A stretch of DNA of 64,000 nt from an uncultured Candidatus Saccharibacteria bacterium (GCA_964417855.1 CAYQJB010000001.1:102709-166708); one strand, 5' to 3'; counted from the stretch's first letter, positions 9,692-19,523 are shown. Program-made: numbers and translations. The notes: generated by a model not told the origin, from the sequence alone.

Positions 9692-10168
9692 TTATTTATT
9701 AAGTTTTATTTTTACTGATTTCTCCTTTGACCCCTCAACAACGGGCATCGTAACCACAAGTACACCATCCTTATATTCCGCTTCTGTCTTAGAAGAATCT
9801 ACAGCTTTTGGTAGTCTTACAGATCGAGAAAAGGAACCCCTCTTTATCTCCTTACTGTAGTAATCCTTTTTATCAACCTCCTTTTCTTCCTCCCTGCTGC
9901 CAGAAATTGTTAACATGTCATCCTCCAGTGAAATATCAAGTTCGTCAGACTTAATTCCAGGCAAGCTCATTTTTGCAATAACTTTATCTTTTTCTTCGTA
10001 AATATCGACAGCAAGATCCATACCCAATTTAGGCATAACCGGAAAAGATGGGAAAATGCGATCATCAAAAAATTTATCTACCTCACCAAATGGTTCCCAT
10101 TTAATTATTTGCATAATATTAATTATTTTAATCGTTCCACTAATATAATATACTATCGCTCTAGGCAA
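9692..10168 (-). CDS. Hsp20/alpha-crystallin family small heat-shock protein
   Basis: Alpha-crystallin domain (DIYEEKDKVIAKMSLPGIKSDELDISLEDDMLTISG ... EAEYKDGVLVVTMP). Real start probably the internal Met near 10114. Confidence 0.8.
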   Translation of the reverse strand: MPRAIVYYISGTIKIINIMQIIKWEPFGEVDKFFDDRIFPSFPVMPKLGMDLAVDIYEEKDKVIAKMSLPGIKSDELDISLEDDMLTISGSREEEKEVDKKDYYSKEIKRGSFSRSVRLPKAVDSSKTEAEYKDGVLVVTMPVVEGSKEKSVKIKLNK

Positions 10169-10234
10169 TTGATGATCGACCTATATATGGTAATTATCTC
10201 GCACTGCAAAAAAAAAGCAAACTATGCATAAATA

Positions 10235-10768
10235 ATGTATAGTTTAAATATGAAAAAATTGCTTTATACAGAAGCTGGGCCAAATGGAACTGCATACAAA
10301 AAAGGAGAATGGGAGAAGTTTGCCATACACAATGAAAATGAAATAAAGGGCTTTTTTGGCGAATACAGATTTCTGAGTAATTTCTGGCCAGCAAAAGTAT
10401 TTCTAGATAATGTAGAGTATTCAAGCGTAGAACTTGCATATCAGGCGGCAAAATGGAAACCTGAGTCCAGACAATTTTTCTCTACATGTACAGAATTAGA
10501 TTCAATAGATTTCAATAGACAAAATATACCAGATGGATACCCTACAGCTATATGGGATTCAATAAAACTATCTATAATGGAAGATTTAGTTAAGCAAAAA
10601 TTTGACCCAAAAATTAATCCTGAGAATTATCAAAAACTCCAATCTACAAACAACAAACATCTTGAAGAAATGAATTGGTGGGGTGACATATTTTGGGGAA
10701 CAACAGAAAATGGAGATGGAGAAAATAATCTCGGTAAACTACTAATGGCAGTACGCAAAAATATCTAA
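10235..10768 (+). CDS. NADAR (YbiA-like, DUF1768) domain protein
   Basis: FFGEYRFLSNFWPAKV...VEYSSVELAYQAAKW...NNLGKLLMAVR matches the NADAR N-glycosidase signature. Confidence 0.7.
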   Translation: MYSLNMKKLLYTEAGPNGTAYKKGEWEKFAIHNENEIKGFFGEYRFLSNFWPAKVFLDNVEYSSVELAYQAAKWKPESRQFFSTCTELDSIDFNRQNIPDGYPTAIWDSIKLSIMEDLVKQKFDPKINPENYQKLQSTNNKHLEEMNWWGDIFWGTTENGDGENNLGKLLMAVRKNI

Positions 10769-10822
10769 CTGTGTATTTGACATCCTTGTTTGATTTGATA
10801 GAATTCAAATACAAATCGACGC

Positions 10823-11239
10823 TTAGTCGCTACCCCAAGTCTCCACCAGAGGCTTGGGGATAAAATTTACTATATTTTTAATAACATCGTTATACCCTAT
10901 TTTATCCAGCTTTCCAATTCTAGGACCTAGCCTTCTACTATCATAAAGCCTTATATGAGAAATCATTACTGATCTAGTCACTGATTTTAATTGGACTTTA
11001 ATATAATACTTATTATCCTTATTTTGACTAGTCAAAGGAATACCCAAAAATAAATTTCTATTAAACTTTTTAAACACCAAAACGGGTCGTGAAAAAGTAT
11101 CGCTTTTCCCGTTCTCTTCATCACCTATGTTTACTCCAATTGAACACCAAAAAACATCCCTTTCTTTAATTGAAGGAAATCTTAATCTGACATCTAAACC
11201 ACTCTTTTTCACAGACCATTTTTCGAAGTCTTTTTCCAC
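10823..11239 (-). CDS. MazF/PemK-family endoribonuclease-like toxin with about 25-aa N-terminal extension. No cognate antitoxin gene detected
   Basis: RDVFWCSIGVNIGDEENGK...RPVLVF...FLGIPLTSQ...SVMISHIRLYDSRRL parallels the MazF/EndoA core (GDV..D..P..G.E....RPVLV...AIVCPITS...S.IL.EQIR). Confidence 0.55.
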   Translation of the reverse strand: MEKDFEKWSVKKSGLDVRLRFPSIKERDVFWCSIGVNIGDEENGKSDTFSRPVLVFKKFNRNLFLGIPLTSQNKDNKYYIKVQLKSVTRSVMISHIRLYDSRRLGPRIGKLDKIGYNDVIKNIVNFIPKPLVETWGSD

Positions 11240-11310
11240 TAATTAATTTTAGCAAAATCACATGAGTTTTTGATAAATAAATTCTAAAGAAAAACGAAAC
11301 AAAATAATTA

Positions 11311-11715
11311 CTAGGAAAGCTTGGATGTACAGAAAGCACACCTTGTTGCCTCTTTTGGAATCTCACTCAAACATTCCGGGCATTCCTTCTTTTTTGGTTC
11401 CAACTTTTTCAAATCGCGCTTAGCTCTTGCGATTAATATATTTATTGGAGTTAGAACAAAAAAATAAACAGAGAAAACGATTATGAAAAATGACATTAGT
11501 GAATTTATGAAGTCTCCAACCATAAATTTACTGTCGTTGATTGTAAAGAAGATGCTTGAAAAATCAGGAGACTTAACCACAGCCCCAATCAAAGGAGTAA
11601 TCAAGTCCTTAACAATAGCTTCCACAATCTTACTGAAAGCAGCTCCAACAGCAACTCCAACTGCCAAAGTAATCATGTTATCTCTTAATATAAATTCTTT
11701 AAATCCTTTTATCAT
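11311..11715 (-). CDS. mscL: Large-conductance mechanosensitive channel MscL with C-terminal zinc-ribbon-like extension
   Basis: MIKGFKEFILRDNMITLAVGVAVGAAF is the MscL TM1 signature. C-terminus has CPEC...CAFC. Confidence 0.85.
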   Translation of the reverse strand: MIKGFKEFILRDNMITLAVGVAVGAAFSKIVEAIVKDLITPLIGAVVKSPDFSSIFFTINDSKFMVGDFINSLMSFFIIVFSVYFFVLTPINILIARAKRDLKKLEPKKKECPECLSEIPKEATRCAFCTSKLS

Positions 11716-11789
11716 ATTTTTTTATTATATTCCTATTCTATCCTTAAACAGAATAACGTCAACTTTTAGCTCCCTATTATTTGCAGATA

Positions 11790-12233
11790 TTAATTGAAAT
11801 CTACTTCAAATCTATACATTCCCATTCCACATGTTCCATTTAGTATACCGGCAGCTTGGCTTCCAACATCAATATCCGTTGAACCAGTTTGTGGTAATAT
11901 TTGATTAACATTCAAACTTGCAATTCTTATAGACGAGGAGCAATCAAATGTACCTCTAGTTTTGAATCTTATACTAGTTGGAATACCAGCCTTAGCTATA
12001 CTCTTACTAGGATTATATCCACCCCTAACATCAATTTCAATAATTTGCTTTCCATCTACCACCGTGACATTACTCGCGTTACTATCTGTTTCTCCTGTTC
12101 CATTCACACCCCCAGTAATTCCAGACGCCCCATTGTTTCCACTCGATGAAACTATGAATGCCACTATAATTAAAAGTAAGGCAAATATTACTGCTGCTAT
12201 GGTTGTTTTCATATATTGTGTTTTATCGGACAT
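11790..12233 (-). CDS. Secreted/membrane-anchored protein of unknown function in copper cluster (C-terminal GTCGMGMY motif)
   Basis: N-terminal TM/signal, Gly/Ser/Thr-rich linker, beta-rich domain. Co-oriented and adjacent to the HMA/copA genes. Confidence 0.35.
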   Translation of the reverse strand: MSDKTQYMKTTIAAVIFALLLIIVAFIVSSSGNNGASGITGGVNGTGETDSNASNVTVVDGKQIIEIDVRGGYNPSKSIAKAGIPTSIRFKTRGTFDCSSSIRIASLNVNQILPQTGSTDIDVGSQAAGILNGTCGMGMYRFEVDFN

Positions 12234-12238
12234 AAAGA

Positions 12239-13366
12239 TTAAAAATTAAAGATTGGTGAAATAAACCCAATCGCCACCAAGCTATTTATTAAATTGAAGA
12301 TAGCAAACATAATTACAATAAGACCAGCCGTCTTAAAGAATATCCCCTGTTTTGTGCTATTTTTTATACTAAATGAACTAAAGCTAATAAGTGCGAGAAC
12401 TGGAAGCGTACCTAACGCAAAGGAAAGCATTGTTAAGGTACCGCCCATAAAACTACCTGTTGTTAAACTATATAATTGCATTGACTGAGTAAATCCACAA
12501 GGTAAAAAGAAAGTTGCAATACCTACGAGTAATGGAGTTAAGGTGTGATTTAATTTTGATACGCCGTGCGCTCTCTGTGAAATAAATCTTGGCATCCCCG
12601 GTTGTAGTTTTTTAGCCCAAGGAAAAACATCGAGCAAATTTATACCTAAGATGAACATTACAACGGCTATCAATATTCCGAGAATAAATGTTGCATAAGC
12701 ACTTAATGTAAATGCACTTCCTACAGCACCAATTACTCCACCCAAAATAAAGAACGATATCAAACGCCCTCCATGAAACATTATTTGAGGTTTAATTCTA
12801 TCTCCTTCTTTTGCAAAAGTAGCAGACATTGAAAGTAATAGACCACCAACAACTGCCATACATGATGAAAGTGATGCAATTATTCCGACTACAAACGATG
12901 TACCATATGTCACATTTCCTCCGCCAACAAGATTTATAAGGCCAACTTTTTGAAGTAGTAAAAATAAAATTAGAAAACCAAGTGCGACAGGACCTGCGAT
13001 TTTAAAATCAGACCATTTTGAAACGCTTGCTCCTTTTGTGTGCTGAGAATTCAGAACACCTCCATCTTTAGACCCAAACACTTCTTTATGTTCCTCTCCA
13101 GAAGAAATTTTATATCCATGCTTTTCTACAAGTAACGACAACTCTTTTGCAATATCTTCCTCACTCTTACCTTTGAAATTTCCAATCACTTCAACACATC
13201 CCCCACCTAAATTTGCTACAGCTTTTTCCACCATTGCATGATCATTTAATTCAGTTTCAGTTAGAAGTACACAGGCGTTACAATGCATTCCCTTGATAAA
13301 GAATTTATATTTTTTAGACCCATCTATTTCTTCCTGCATTCTACCCGTATTATTTTGATTATGCAT
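12239..13366 (-). CDS. Heavy-metal-associated (HMA, MxCxxC) domain fused to polytopic membrane permease-like domain
   Basis: N-terminal FFIKGMHCNACV HMA motif, then about 8 TM helices with a Cys-containing TM segment (SLSSCMAVVGG). Confidence 0.55.
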   Translation of the reverse strand: MHNQNNTGRMQEEIDGSKKYKFFIKGMHCNACVLLTETELNDHAMVEKAVANLGGGCVEVIGNFKGKSEEDIAKELSLLVEKHGYKISSGEEHKEVFGSKDGGVLNSQHTKGASVSKWSDFKIAGPVALGFLILFLLLQKVGLINLVGGGNVTYGTSFVVGIIASLSSCMAVVGGLLLSMSATFAKEGDRIKPQIMFHGGRLISFFILGGVIGAVGSAFTLSAYATFILGILIAVVMFILGINLLDVFPWAKKLQPGMPRFISQRAHGVSKLNHTLTPLLVGIATFFLPCGFTQSMQLYSLTTGSFMGGTLTMLSFALGTLPVLALISFSSFSIKNSTKQGIFFKTAGLIVIMFAIFNLINSLVAIGFISPIFNF

Positions 13367-13367
13367 A

Positions 13368-15725
13368 TTATTTTAATTTTTTAGTTTCAAGTCTTAGTGA
13401 GTTTGTCACAACAGAAACACTACTTCCGGCCATTGCCAATCCTGCGAAAACGGGATTCAGAGTTATACCCCATATTGGATACAGTAACCCAGCAGCTACA
13501 GGAATTCCAATTATATTATAAATAAATGCCCAGAAAAGATTTTGCTTTATTGTTCTCATTGTAGTTTGAGAAAGATCAAACGCCTGTGACAGTTTATTTA
13601 AGTCCCCATGTAAAAGCGTAATGCCAGATGACTCAATAGCAACATCAGTTCCTGTAGCCATAGCGATTCCAACATCAGCTTGAACCAAAGCCGGAGCATC
13701 ATTAATTCCGTCTCCCACCATTGCTACTTTTTTACCTTCTGCCTGAAGCTCTTTAATTTTTCCAGCCTTCTCAGCAGGTAATACTTCTGAAATCACATTA
13801 TCGATATTTGCTTGCTTGGCAATATACATTGCTGCCAAATGATTATCTCCGGTAAGCATCACTACTTTGATTCCACGCTTATGAAGTTTTGAAATCGCCT
13901 CCACTGACTCTTCTTTTAGAGTATCGCTAAGTGCAATTAATCCAATTTTTTGCGAATCAATCTCCACAATAACCACGGTCTTACCTTGTTCTTGTAATTC
14001 TTTTATCTTTTCGATTTCTTGCCCTCTACCAACATGACTTATCTCATTTAAATTTGGTTTGTGAACATAAATAATTTTCCCCTCACCTTCTCCTCTCACA
14101 CCAACTCCTTCAAGTGCAATAAAATTTTCTATCTTAATAAGAGTAATATTTTTTTCAATTGATTTATTAACGATAGCTTCAGCAAGAGGGTGTTCTGAAA
14201 GTTTTTCAACACTGGCTGCAAATTGCAAAATATGATCATCGCTGAATTCCTCATGCAAAATAATAACATCAGTTACTTCTGGCTTTCCTTTTGTAATTGT
14301 TCCTGTCTTATCAAGTACCACCGTATCAACATTACTTAATTTCTCAAGAGCCTCAGCATCCTTAATCAGGATTCCGTATTCAGCCCCCTTCCCAACCCCA
14401 ACAATGATTGCTGTTGGAGTTGCAAGTCCTAGGGCACATGGGCAAGCAATAACTAATATTCCAACAAAAGCTAAAATTCCAAAAGAAAGTGCCGACGAGA
14501 AACCAAGAAACATTGTTCCAACAGTTAGCCATACAGCAAGAGTGAGTATTGATACACCAAGAACAATAGGAACAAATACTGCAGATATTTTATCAGCAAG
14601 CGCTTGTATGGGTGCTTTGGAGCCCTGTGCCTCCTCTACCATTCTAATAATTTGTGACAAAAGTGTGTCTGCGCCAACTTTTGTGGCAATAAATTTAAAA
14701 TTACCTTGTTTGTTAATCGTTGCACCAACAACCAAATCTCCAACTTTTTTTTCAGCAGGAATAGACTCCCCAGTAATCATAGATTCATCTACGCTAGACA
14801 CACCTTCAATTATTTTCCCATCAACTGGAATTTTTGCTCCGGGTTTCACGATAACGATATCTCCAATCTGCACTTCATTTATAGATACTTCAACTTCAAT
14901 TCCATCTTTTAAGACAAGAGCTATCTTTGCCTGCAGTCCAATTAATTTTTCTATTGCCTCTCCTGTTTGAAGTTTAGATTTTGCTTCAAGATATTTTCCA
15001 AATATTACAAAACCAATTACAACAATCGTAACATCAAAATATGTATATTCTGGAAGTTGCAACGCAAAAGCGGCTTGAGGAAATAGAGTTATAAAAATAC
15101 TGTAAATGTATGCAGTTAATGTTCCAATACCAATAAGCGTATCCATATTTGCAACCCTGTATTTTATGAATCTAATAACCCCTTGCAGGAATGGTTGTCC
15201 AATCCAAAAAAGAACTATTGTTCCAAGTATCATTGTAATTGAATTAAACAATGACATTGAAATAGGTACCTCTGAAATGTACGATGAAAGCAAAGTCTTC
15301 ATCAAGATATTCCACACCATGACAATAAATACTAAAATAGCCACGGGCAAAACAAACCAAATTTTATACCTCATCTCTGACAGCTCCTTATTTTTTTCTT
15401 CTTTTGATTGTCCAATACCTGTGTGAACACGATGTTCCTCCTCACTCATATTCTCCATACCTGGTCCCATACCATGATCTTCTACACGACTCATACCGTG
15501 AATTGCACTTTCATTTTCACCACTAAGTGTATAGCCGAGTTTTTCTATTTCATTATTCATTCTTTCTATTGATGTTTTTTCTGGATCAAATTCAACTACC
15601 GCTTTTTCAGTTGCAATGTTAACATTGACGTCCCCCACCCCATCTAATGTACCAATCTTTTTTGAAATTATTGCAGCACAACTAGCGCAATGCATACCTT
15701 TGATTTTTAATATTTGTTTTCTCAT
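13368..15725 (-). CDS. copA: Copper-translocating P1B-type ATPase
   Basis: N-terminal [19 protein letters not shown] motif [18 protein letters not shown] phosphorylation site. [11 protein letters not shown] hinge. Confidence 0.9.
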   Translation of the reverse strand: MRKQILKIKGMHCASCAAIISKKIGTLDGVGDVNVNIATEKAVVEFDPEKTSIERMNNEIEKLGYTLSGENESAIHGMSRVEDHGMGPGMENMSEEEHRVHTGIGQSKEEKNKELSEMRYKIWFVLPVAILVFIVMVWNILMKTLLSSYISEVPISMSLFNSITMILGTIVLFWIGQPFLQGVIRFIKYRVANMDTLIGIGTLTAYIYSIFITLFPQAAFALQLPEYTYFDVTIVVIGFVIFGKYLEAKSKLQTGEAIEKLIGLQAKIALVLKDGIEVEVSINEVQIGDIVIVKPGAKIPVDGKIIEGVSSVDESMITGESIPAEKKVGDLVVGATINKQGNFKFIATKVGADTLLSQIIRMVEEAQGSKAPIQALADKISAVFVPIVLGVSILTLAVWLTVGTMFLGFSSALSFGILAFVGILVIACPCALGLATPTAIIVGVGKGAEYGILIKDAEALEKLSNVDTVVLDKTGTITKGKPEVTDVIILHEEFSDDHILQFAASVEKLSEHPLAEAIVNKSIEKNITLIKIENFIALEGVGVRGEGEGKIIYVHKPNLNEISHVGRGQEIEKIKELQEQGKTVVIVEIDSQKIGLIALSDTLKEESVEAISKLHKRGIKVVMLTGDNHLAAMYIAKQANIDNVISEVLPAEKAGKIKELQAEGKKVAMVGDGINDAPALVQADVGIAMATGTDVAIESSGITLLHGDLNKLSQAFDLSQTTMRTIKQNLFWAFIYNIIGIPVAAGLLYPIWGITLNPVFAGLAMAGSSVSVVTNSLRLETKKLK

Positions 15726-15748
15726 GTTTATATATAGTGAATTTTGAA

Positions 15749-15803
15749 TTTTGGGGTCAGGCGATTTTGGTCGTAGACCTAAGTCGTGTGCCTGACCCCA
15801 AAA
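15749..15803. repeat. Second copy of GC-rich palindromic element (ttttggggtcaggc ... gcctgaccccaaaa, 27-nt loop) between csoR and copA
   Basis: 14-nt arms identical to the element at 8158..8191. Lies in the csoR-copA intercistronic region. Confidence 0.55.
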
Positions 15804-15806
15804 CTT

Positions 15807-16097
15807 TTATTTTCTCTTAAGCTTATATACTTTTAGAATCTCAGCTTTTGCCTTTTCTGTTTGACCTTGTGCAACCTGCCTAAGAACACAATGTCCCAAA
15901 TGATGCTCTAAAAGAAGATCTTCAACGTTAGATAGACCTTGTTTTGCAGCTGAAGTCTGAGTAATTACATCGATGCAATATGTATCGTTTTCGATCATTT
16001 GATATAACCCTCTGATTTGACCTTCTATTAATTTTAGACGGCGCAGAATTTTATCTTTCTTTTCATCTTTCTTGATATCTGTTTTTACTGATTTCAT
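15807..16097 (-). CDS. csoR: CsoR/RcnR-family copper-sensing transcriptional repressor
   Basis: LKLIEGQIRGLYQMIENDTYCIDVITQ...HHLGHCV contains the Cys-His-Cys Cu(I) ligands of CsoR. Confidence 0.8.
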   Translation of the reverse strand: MKSVKTDIKKDEKKDKILRRLKLIEGQIRGLYQMIENDTYCIDVITQTSAAKQGLSNVEDLLLEHHLGHCVLRQVAQGQTEKAKAEILKVYKLKRK

Positions 16098-16109
16098 ATT
16101 TCATATTTT

Positions 16110-16127
16110 ATACCCCCTAGGGGGTAT
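16110..16127. promoter_or_regulatory. Candidate CsoR operator: GC-rich palindrome ATACCCCCTAGGGGGTAT 13-30 bp upstream of csoR start
   Basis: Perfect 18-bp palindrome, strongly GC-rich in AT-rich DNA. Resembles the TACCC-N-GGGTA-type CsoR operators. Confidence 0.5.
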
Positions 16128-16167
16128 AGTCAATTACCTATAACTAGATCCTTCTAAAATCATAAGT

Positions 16168-16752
16168 TTGGTATTTCTTTATATTTTCTTTATAAACACA
16201 GGTCCTGCTGGATATGGTAAACTTAGGTACATAGACATGAAAAAAGAACCAAAAACAATAGCAGTAAATGACAAAATGCAGAAGAACTATACATATGCAT
16301 TGGTTGAACCTGTTGGTAAAAATTTTGACCCTATCTTCAAGCCTCAACTTACACCTAAAGAAATGCTTGAACTGGGTGTTTTTGGTGGAAAGTACATGAC
16401 AGACTGTGGTAAGGAGTTTCCTAAGGACTGGTACAAAGAAGCAAAACTCTCCCCTCTCAAATACGATGCCAAAATTAATTATTTTAAAACAAGAGCAAGT
16501 CAACCACTTTCTGTTTGGCGTGCCAAGGGATGGATTTATAAAGAAGATCCAAGAGGTTGGTTTCAATGGTATTGCAGATATTATATGGGGAGAAGGATTC
16601 CTGCTGAAGATAAAAGACAAATAAAAAGATGGTTTAATATGAGACGTCATGTTTCTCAAATAGTTAACAATTGTAGAACAGCAGATTTTAGCTGTCACAC
16701 CAGACAGAGGCAAGCAGTTCTTCACTGGGCATATGATAGTAGAAAATTTTAA
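16168..16752 (+). CDS. Conserved hypothetical protein (Trp/Arg-rich motif GWFQWYCRYYMGRR). Probable start Met at 16237
   Basis: Balanced composition, unlike the Cys/Phe-rich antisense ORF 16144..16791. No family recognised. Confidence 0.45.
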   Translation: MVFLYIFFINTGPAGYGKLRYIDMKKEPKTIAVNDKMQKNYTYALVEPVGKNFDPIFKPQLTPKEMLELGVFGGKYMTDCGKEFPKDWYKEAKLSPLKYDAKINYFKTRASQPLSVWRAKGWIYKEDPRGWFQWYCRYYMGRRIPAEDKRQIKRWFNMRRHVSQIVNNCRTADFSCHTRQRQAVLHWAYDSRKF

Positions 16753-16759
16753 ATAAAAA

Positions 16760-18955
16760 ATGACAGAAAAATCCACACACCTTAAATTCATAGACTATCC
16801 CATTTCATCAGTAATCAGGGTTACTCCTGATCAAGTTCCACACCTTAAAAAATTAAACCTTTTTACTGTTGGTGATATTCTAAGGCACTTCCCCACAAGA
16901 TATGGTGGAACATCTGAAGCCCAATATATCAAAGACCTAATGGTGGGCCAAAGCGCTACAATATACGGAAGAATTGGAAAACTAAAAACGGGTAAAAGTT
17001 TTAAGAGTAAGATGGCAATGGCCGAGGGCGTGGTAACCGACAACACCGGAAACATAAAAGTCATATGGCTTCATCAACCTTACATTGCAAAACTAATTCA
17101 AGAAGGAAGTTTGGTGAAAGTTACAGGTAAGGTTACAAAAAGAGGTGAAACAAATGGAATGATGAATCCAGAAATAGAATCTGTTGGAACTCTGCCAGAC
17201 CAAATTGGTAGAAACCTTTTTGCAGGCAGTGAAACACCAATAGAACATTTTTCGCCAGTATACCCAGAGACAAAAGGGGTGACATCAAAATGGATTTATC
17301 ACACACTTCAGAGAATTTTTAAGAATCCCCTTTTTGAATCAATAGAGGACCCAGTTCCCGCTGACATTCTTAAGAAATATAATTTACCAGCACTTAAAAC
17401 ATCTCTTGTTTGGATTCATACTCCTCAAAAGGAATCTGATGCTCAGGTCGCTAGAAAAAGATTTGCATTTGAGGAAGTGTTTTATATTCAAATTAAAAAT
17501 CAACAAGTTAGAGCTATGGCTGAAAAAGAAAAGGCTTACATAATTGAACCATCAAAAGAGACTCTTGGAGAATTCACTAGCAGATTCCCCTTTGCATTAA
17601 CCACCTCTCAACAAAAATCAATTAAAGATATTTTGAACGATTTTAAAAAAGGCACCCCAATGTCCCGACTTCTTGAAGGAGATGTAGGTTCAGGAAAAAC
17701 AGCCGTTGCAGCAACTACAGCATACGGAGTTGTGACAACAAGACCAAAAGGCAAGGACTCAAAAACACAAAACTTTGGAAACTTACAGGTTGCATACATG
17801 GCCCCCACAGAAATATTAGCAAAACAACACTTCGAATCTTTTATTCAGTATTTCAAACATATGCCAATTTCTATTGGTTTTATAAGCGGAACGGGATGCA
17901 GAAAATTTCCTTCAAAGGTTAATCAAGGTGGATGGACCGATATTTCAAGATCACAATTATTGAAATGGGTTGAGGGTGGTGAGATTGCAATACTAATTGG
18001 AACTCATGCATTAATTCAAAAGACAGTAAAATTCAAAGATCTGGCGTATGTAATAATTGATGAGCAACATAGATTTGGAACAGCACAGAGACAGAAGTTA
18101 GCACGCAAGCATGATGTTGTCCCCCATTTACTATCAATGACGGCAACACCAATTCCAAGAACTCTTGCCCTAACTCTTTATGGGGATTTAGATTTATCTT
18201 TGATTGATCAAATGCCCACAGGAAGAAAACCAATTATTACGGAAATTATTACTGAGCCAAAAAGAGATGCAACATATGAAAAAATCAAAAAAGAACTTGC
18301 TGAAGGAAGACAAGTTTATGTTATTTGTCCAAGAATAGAAGAAGCTGATCCTGACAAGGAGCAAGCTCTGAATGTTAAATCTGTTGTAGAGGAAGCAAAA
18401 AGACTAAAGCAAAAAATATTTCAAGAATGGAATATCGATATTCTTCATAGTAAAATGAAGCCTAAAGAAAAGGATGCGGTTATGCAGAGTTTTGAAAGAA
18501 AAGAAATTGATATCTTGGTTGCAACAAGTGTTGTTGAGGTTGGGGTGAATGTTCCAAATGCAACAATCATTTTAATTGAGGGTGCTGAGAGATTTGGTCT
18601 TTCACAACTTCATCAGCTTCGCGGGCGTGTTATCAGAAGTAATCATCAAGCATATTGTTATGTACTAAGTGACAGCAAGAGTGACAAAACAGTTGAACGT
18701 CTCAAGGCACTTAATACTGCAAAGAATGGATTTGAATTATCGGAGATGGATTTGAAGTTGAGGGGTACTGGAGAACTTTATGGAGGTAAACAATGGGGAG
18801 TAAATGATATTGGAATGGAAGCAATAAAAAATATTAAAATGGTGGAGGCAGCGCGAGCTGAGGCACAGAAATTAGTTAAGGAAGACTCTACCCTATCAAA
18901 ATACCCTATACTTAAAAAAACAATTGATTCAAAAAGAGAAATACATTTTGAATAG
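16760..18955 (+). CDS. recG: ATP-dependent DNA helicase RecG
   Basis: N-terminal wedge/OB domain. Helicase motifs LEGDVGSGKTAVAA, IIDEQHRFG, LSMTATPIPRTL, and QLHQLRGRVIRS near the C-terminus. Confidence 0.9.
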   Translation: MTEKSTHLKFIDYPISSVIRVTPDQVPHLKKLNLFTVGDILRHFPTRYGGTSEAQYIKDLMVGQSATIYGRIGKLKTGKSFKSKMAMAEGVVTDNTGNIKVIWLHQPYIAKLIQEGSLVKVTGKVTKRGETNGMMNPEIESVGTLPDQIGRNLFAGSETPIEHFSPVYPETKGVTSKWIYHTLQRIFKNPLFESIEDPVPADILKKYNLPALKTSLVWIHTPQKESDAQVARKRFAFEEVFYIQIKNQQVRAMAEKEKAYIIEPSKETLGEFTSRFPFALTTSQQKSIKDILNDFKKGTPMSRLLEGDVGSGKTAVAATTAYGVVTTRPKGKDSKTQNFGNLQVAYMAPTEILAKQHFESFIQYFKHMPISIGFISGTGCRKFPSKVNQGGWTDISRSQLLKWVEGGEIAILIGTHALIQKTVKFKDLAYVIIDEQHRFGTAQRQKLARKHDVVPHLLSMTATPIPRTLALTLYGDLDLSLIDQMPTGRKPIITEIITEPKRDATYEKIKKELAEGRQVYVICPRIEEADPDKEQALNVKSVVEEAKRLKQKIFQEWNIDILHSKMKPKEKDAVMQSFERKEIDILVATSVVEVGVNVPNATIILIEGAERFGLSQLHQLRGRVIRSNHQAYCYVLSDSKSDKTVERLKALNTAKNGFELSEMDLKLRGTGELYGGKQWGVNDIGMEAIKNIKMVEAARAEAQKLVKEDSTLSKYPILKKTIDSKREIHFE

Positions 18956-18994
18956 AGAAAGTAGAAAAAAATAAACAAAATTGGAAATAGAAAT

Positions 18995-19021
18995 ACCCGG
19001 CCTCTCTTCGAGAGGCCGGGT
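18995..19021. terminator. Bidirectional intrinsic terminator (acccggcctctc ttcg agaggccgggt)
   Basis: 12-bp GC-rich stem after recG and after the convergent ORF 19042..19410. Confidence 0.6.
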
Positions 19022-19041
19022 ATGTTTCTGAACATTCAGCC

Positions 19042-19410
19042 TCAGCTGAATGCGAACTCCCGCTGGAGAATATCATTAGCAGGCACAGACTTTACTGTGC
19101 GACTACGTGCAATTTGCTCGGAATCATAAATCATTTGATCAATGTACTGTCTCCATGTGGAAACGTACCTCAGCCCCCTCAGGCTGACACAGAACTTCAA
19201 ATGTCTTTCCTCGCAGACTATTTCAACAACCTGAACAGACCCCTCCTCAGTACCACACTCCACATGAGATATTTCATCCAGCACCCTCATGTAACTTGTG
19301 TTTGAAATTGGGTATTCAACATCATTAACAACCAAGATGTGAACCTGACGTCCCACAACATGGTGTCCTGACAATGAACATTTAAACGACAATGAGCTAG
19401 TTTTCATCAC
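19042..19410 (-). CDS. Hypothetical protein in a locally GC-enriched (about 45-47%) segment
   Basis: 122-aa ORF with mixed composition. Region 19030..19420 is visibly GC-richer than its flanks. Confidence 0.35.
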   Translation of the reverse strand: MMKTSSLSFKCSLSGHHVVGRQVHILVVNDVEYPISNTSYMRVLDEISHVECGTEEGSVQVVEIVCEERHLKFCVSLRGLRYVSTWRQYIDQMIYDSEQIARSRTVKSVPANDILQREFAFS

Positions 19411-19523
19411 ATAGTTTCTGGTTAGTATGAATTATAGAATGAAGAAAAATCAGTGCATCTCACTGATTTAAATCCGTTTTTTATTATATACCTCTCCAAA
19501 AAATATTCAAGAAAAACCTTTTG

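Noticed and set aside
14404-14970. 188-aa plus-strand ORF
   Set aside because: Antisense to, and entirely within, copA. Low-complexity Ile/Ser/Thr/Pro-rich translation.
16144-16791. 215-aa minus-strand ORF
   Set aside because: Cys/Phe-rich, low-complexity. Antisense to the better-composed plus-strand ORF 16168..16752.
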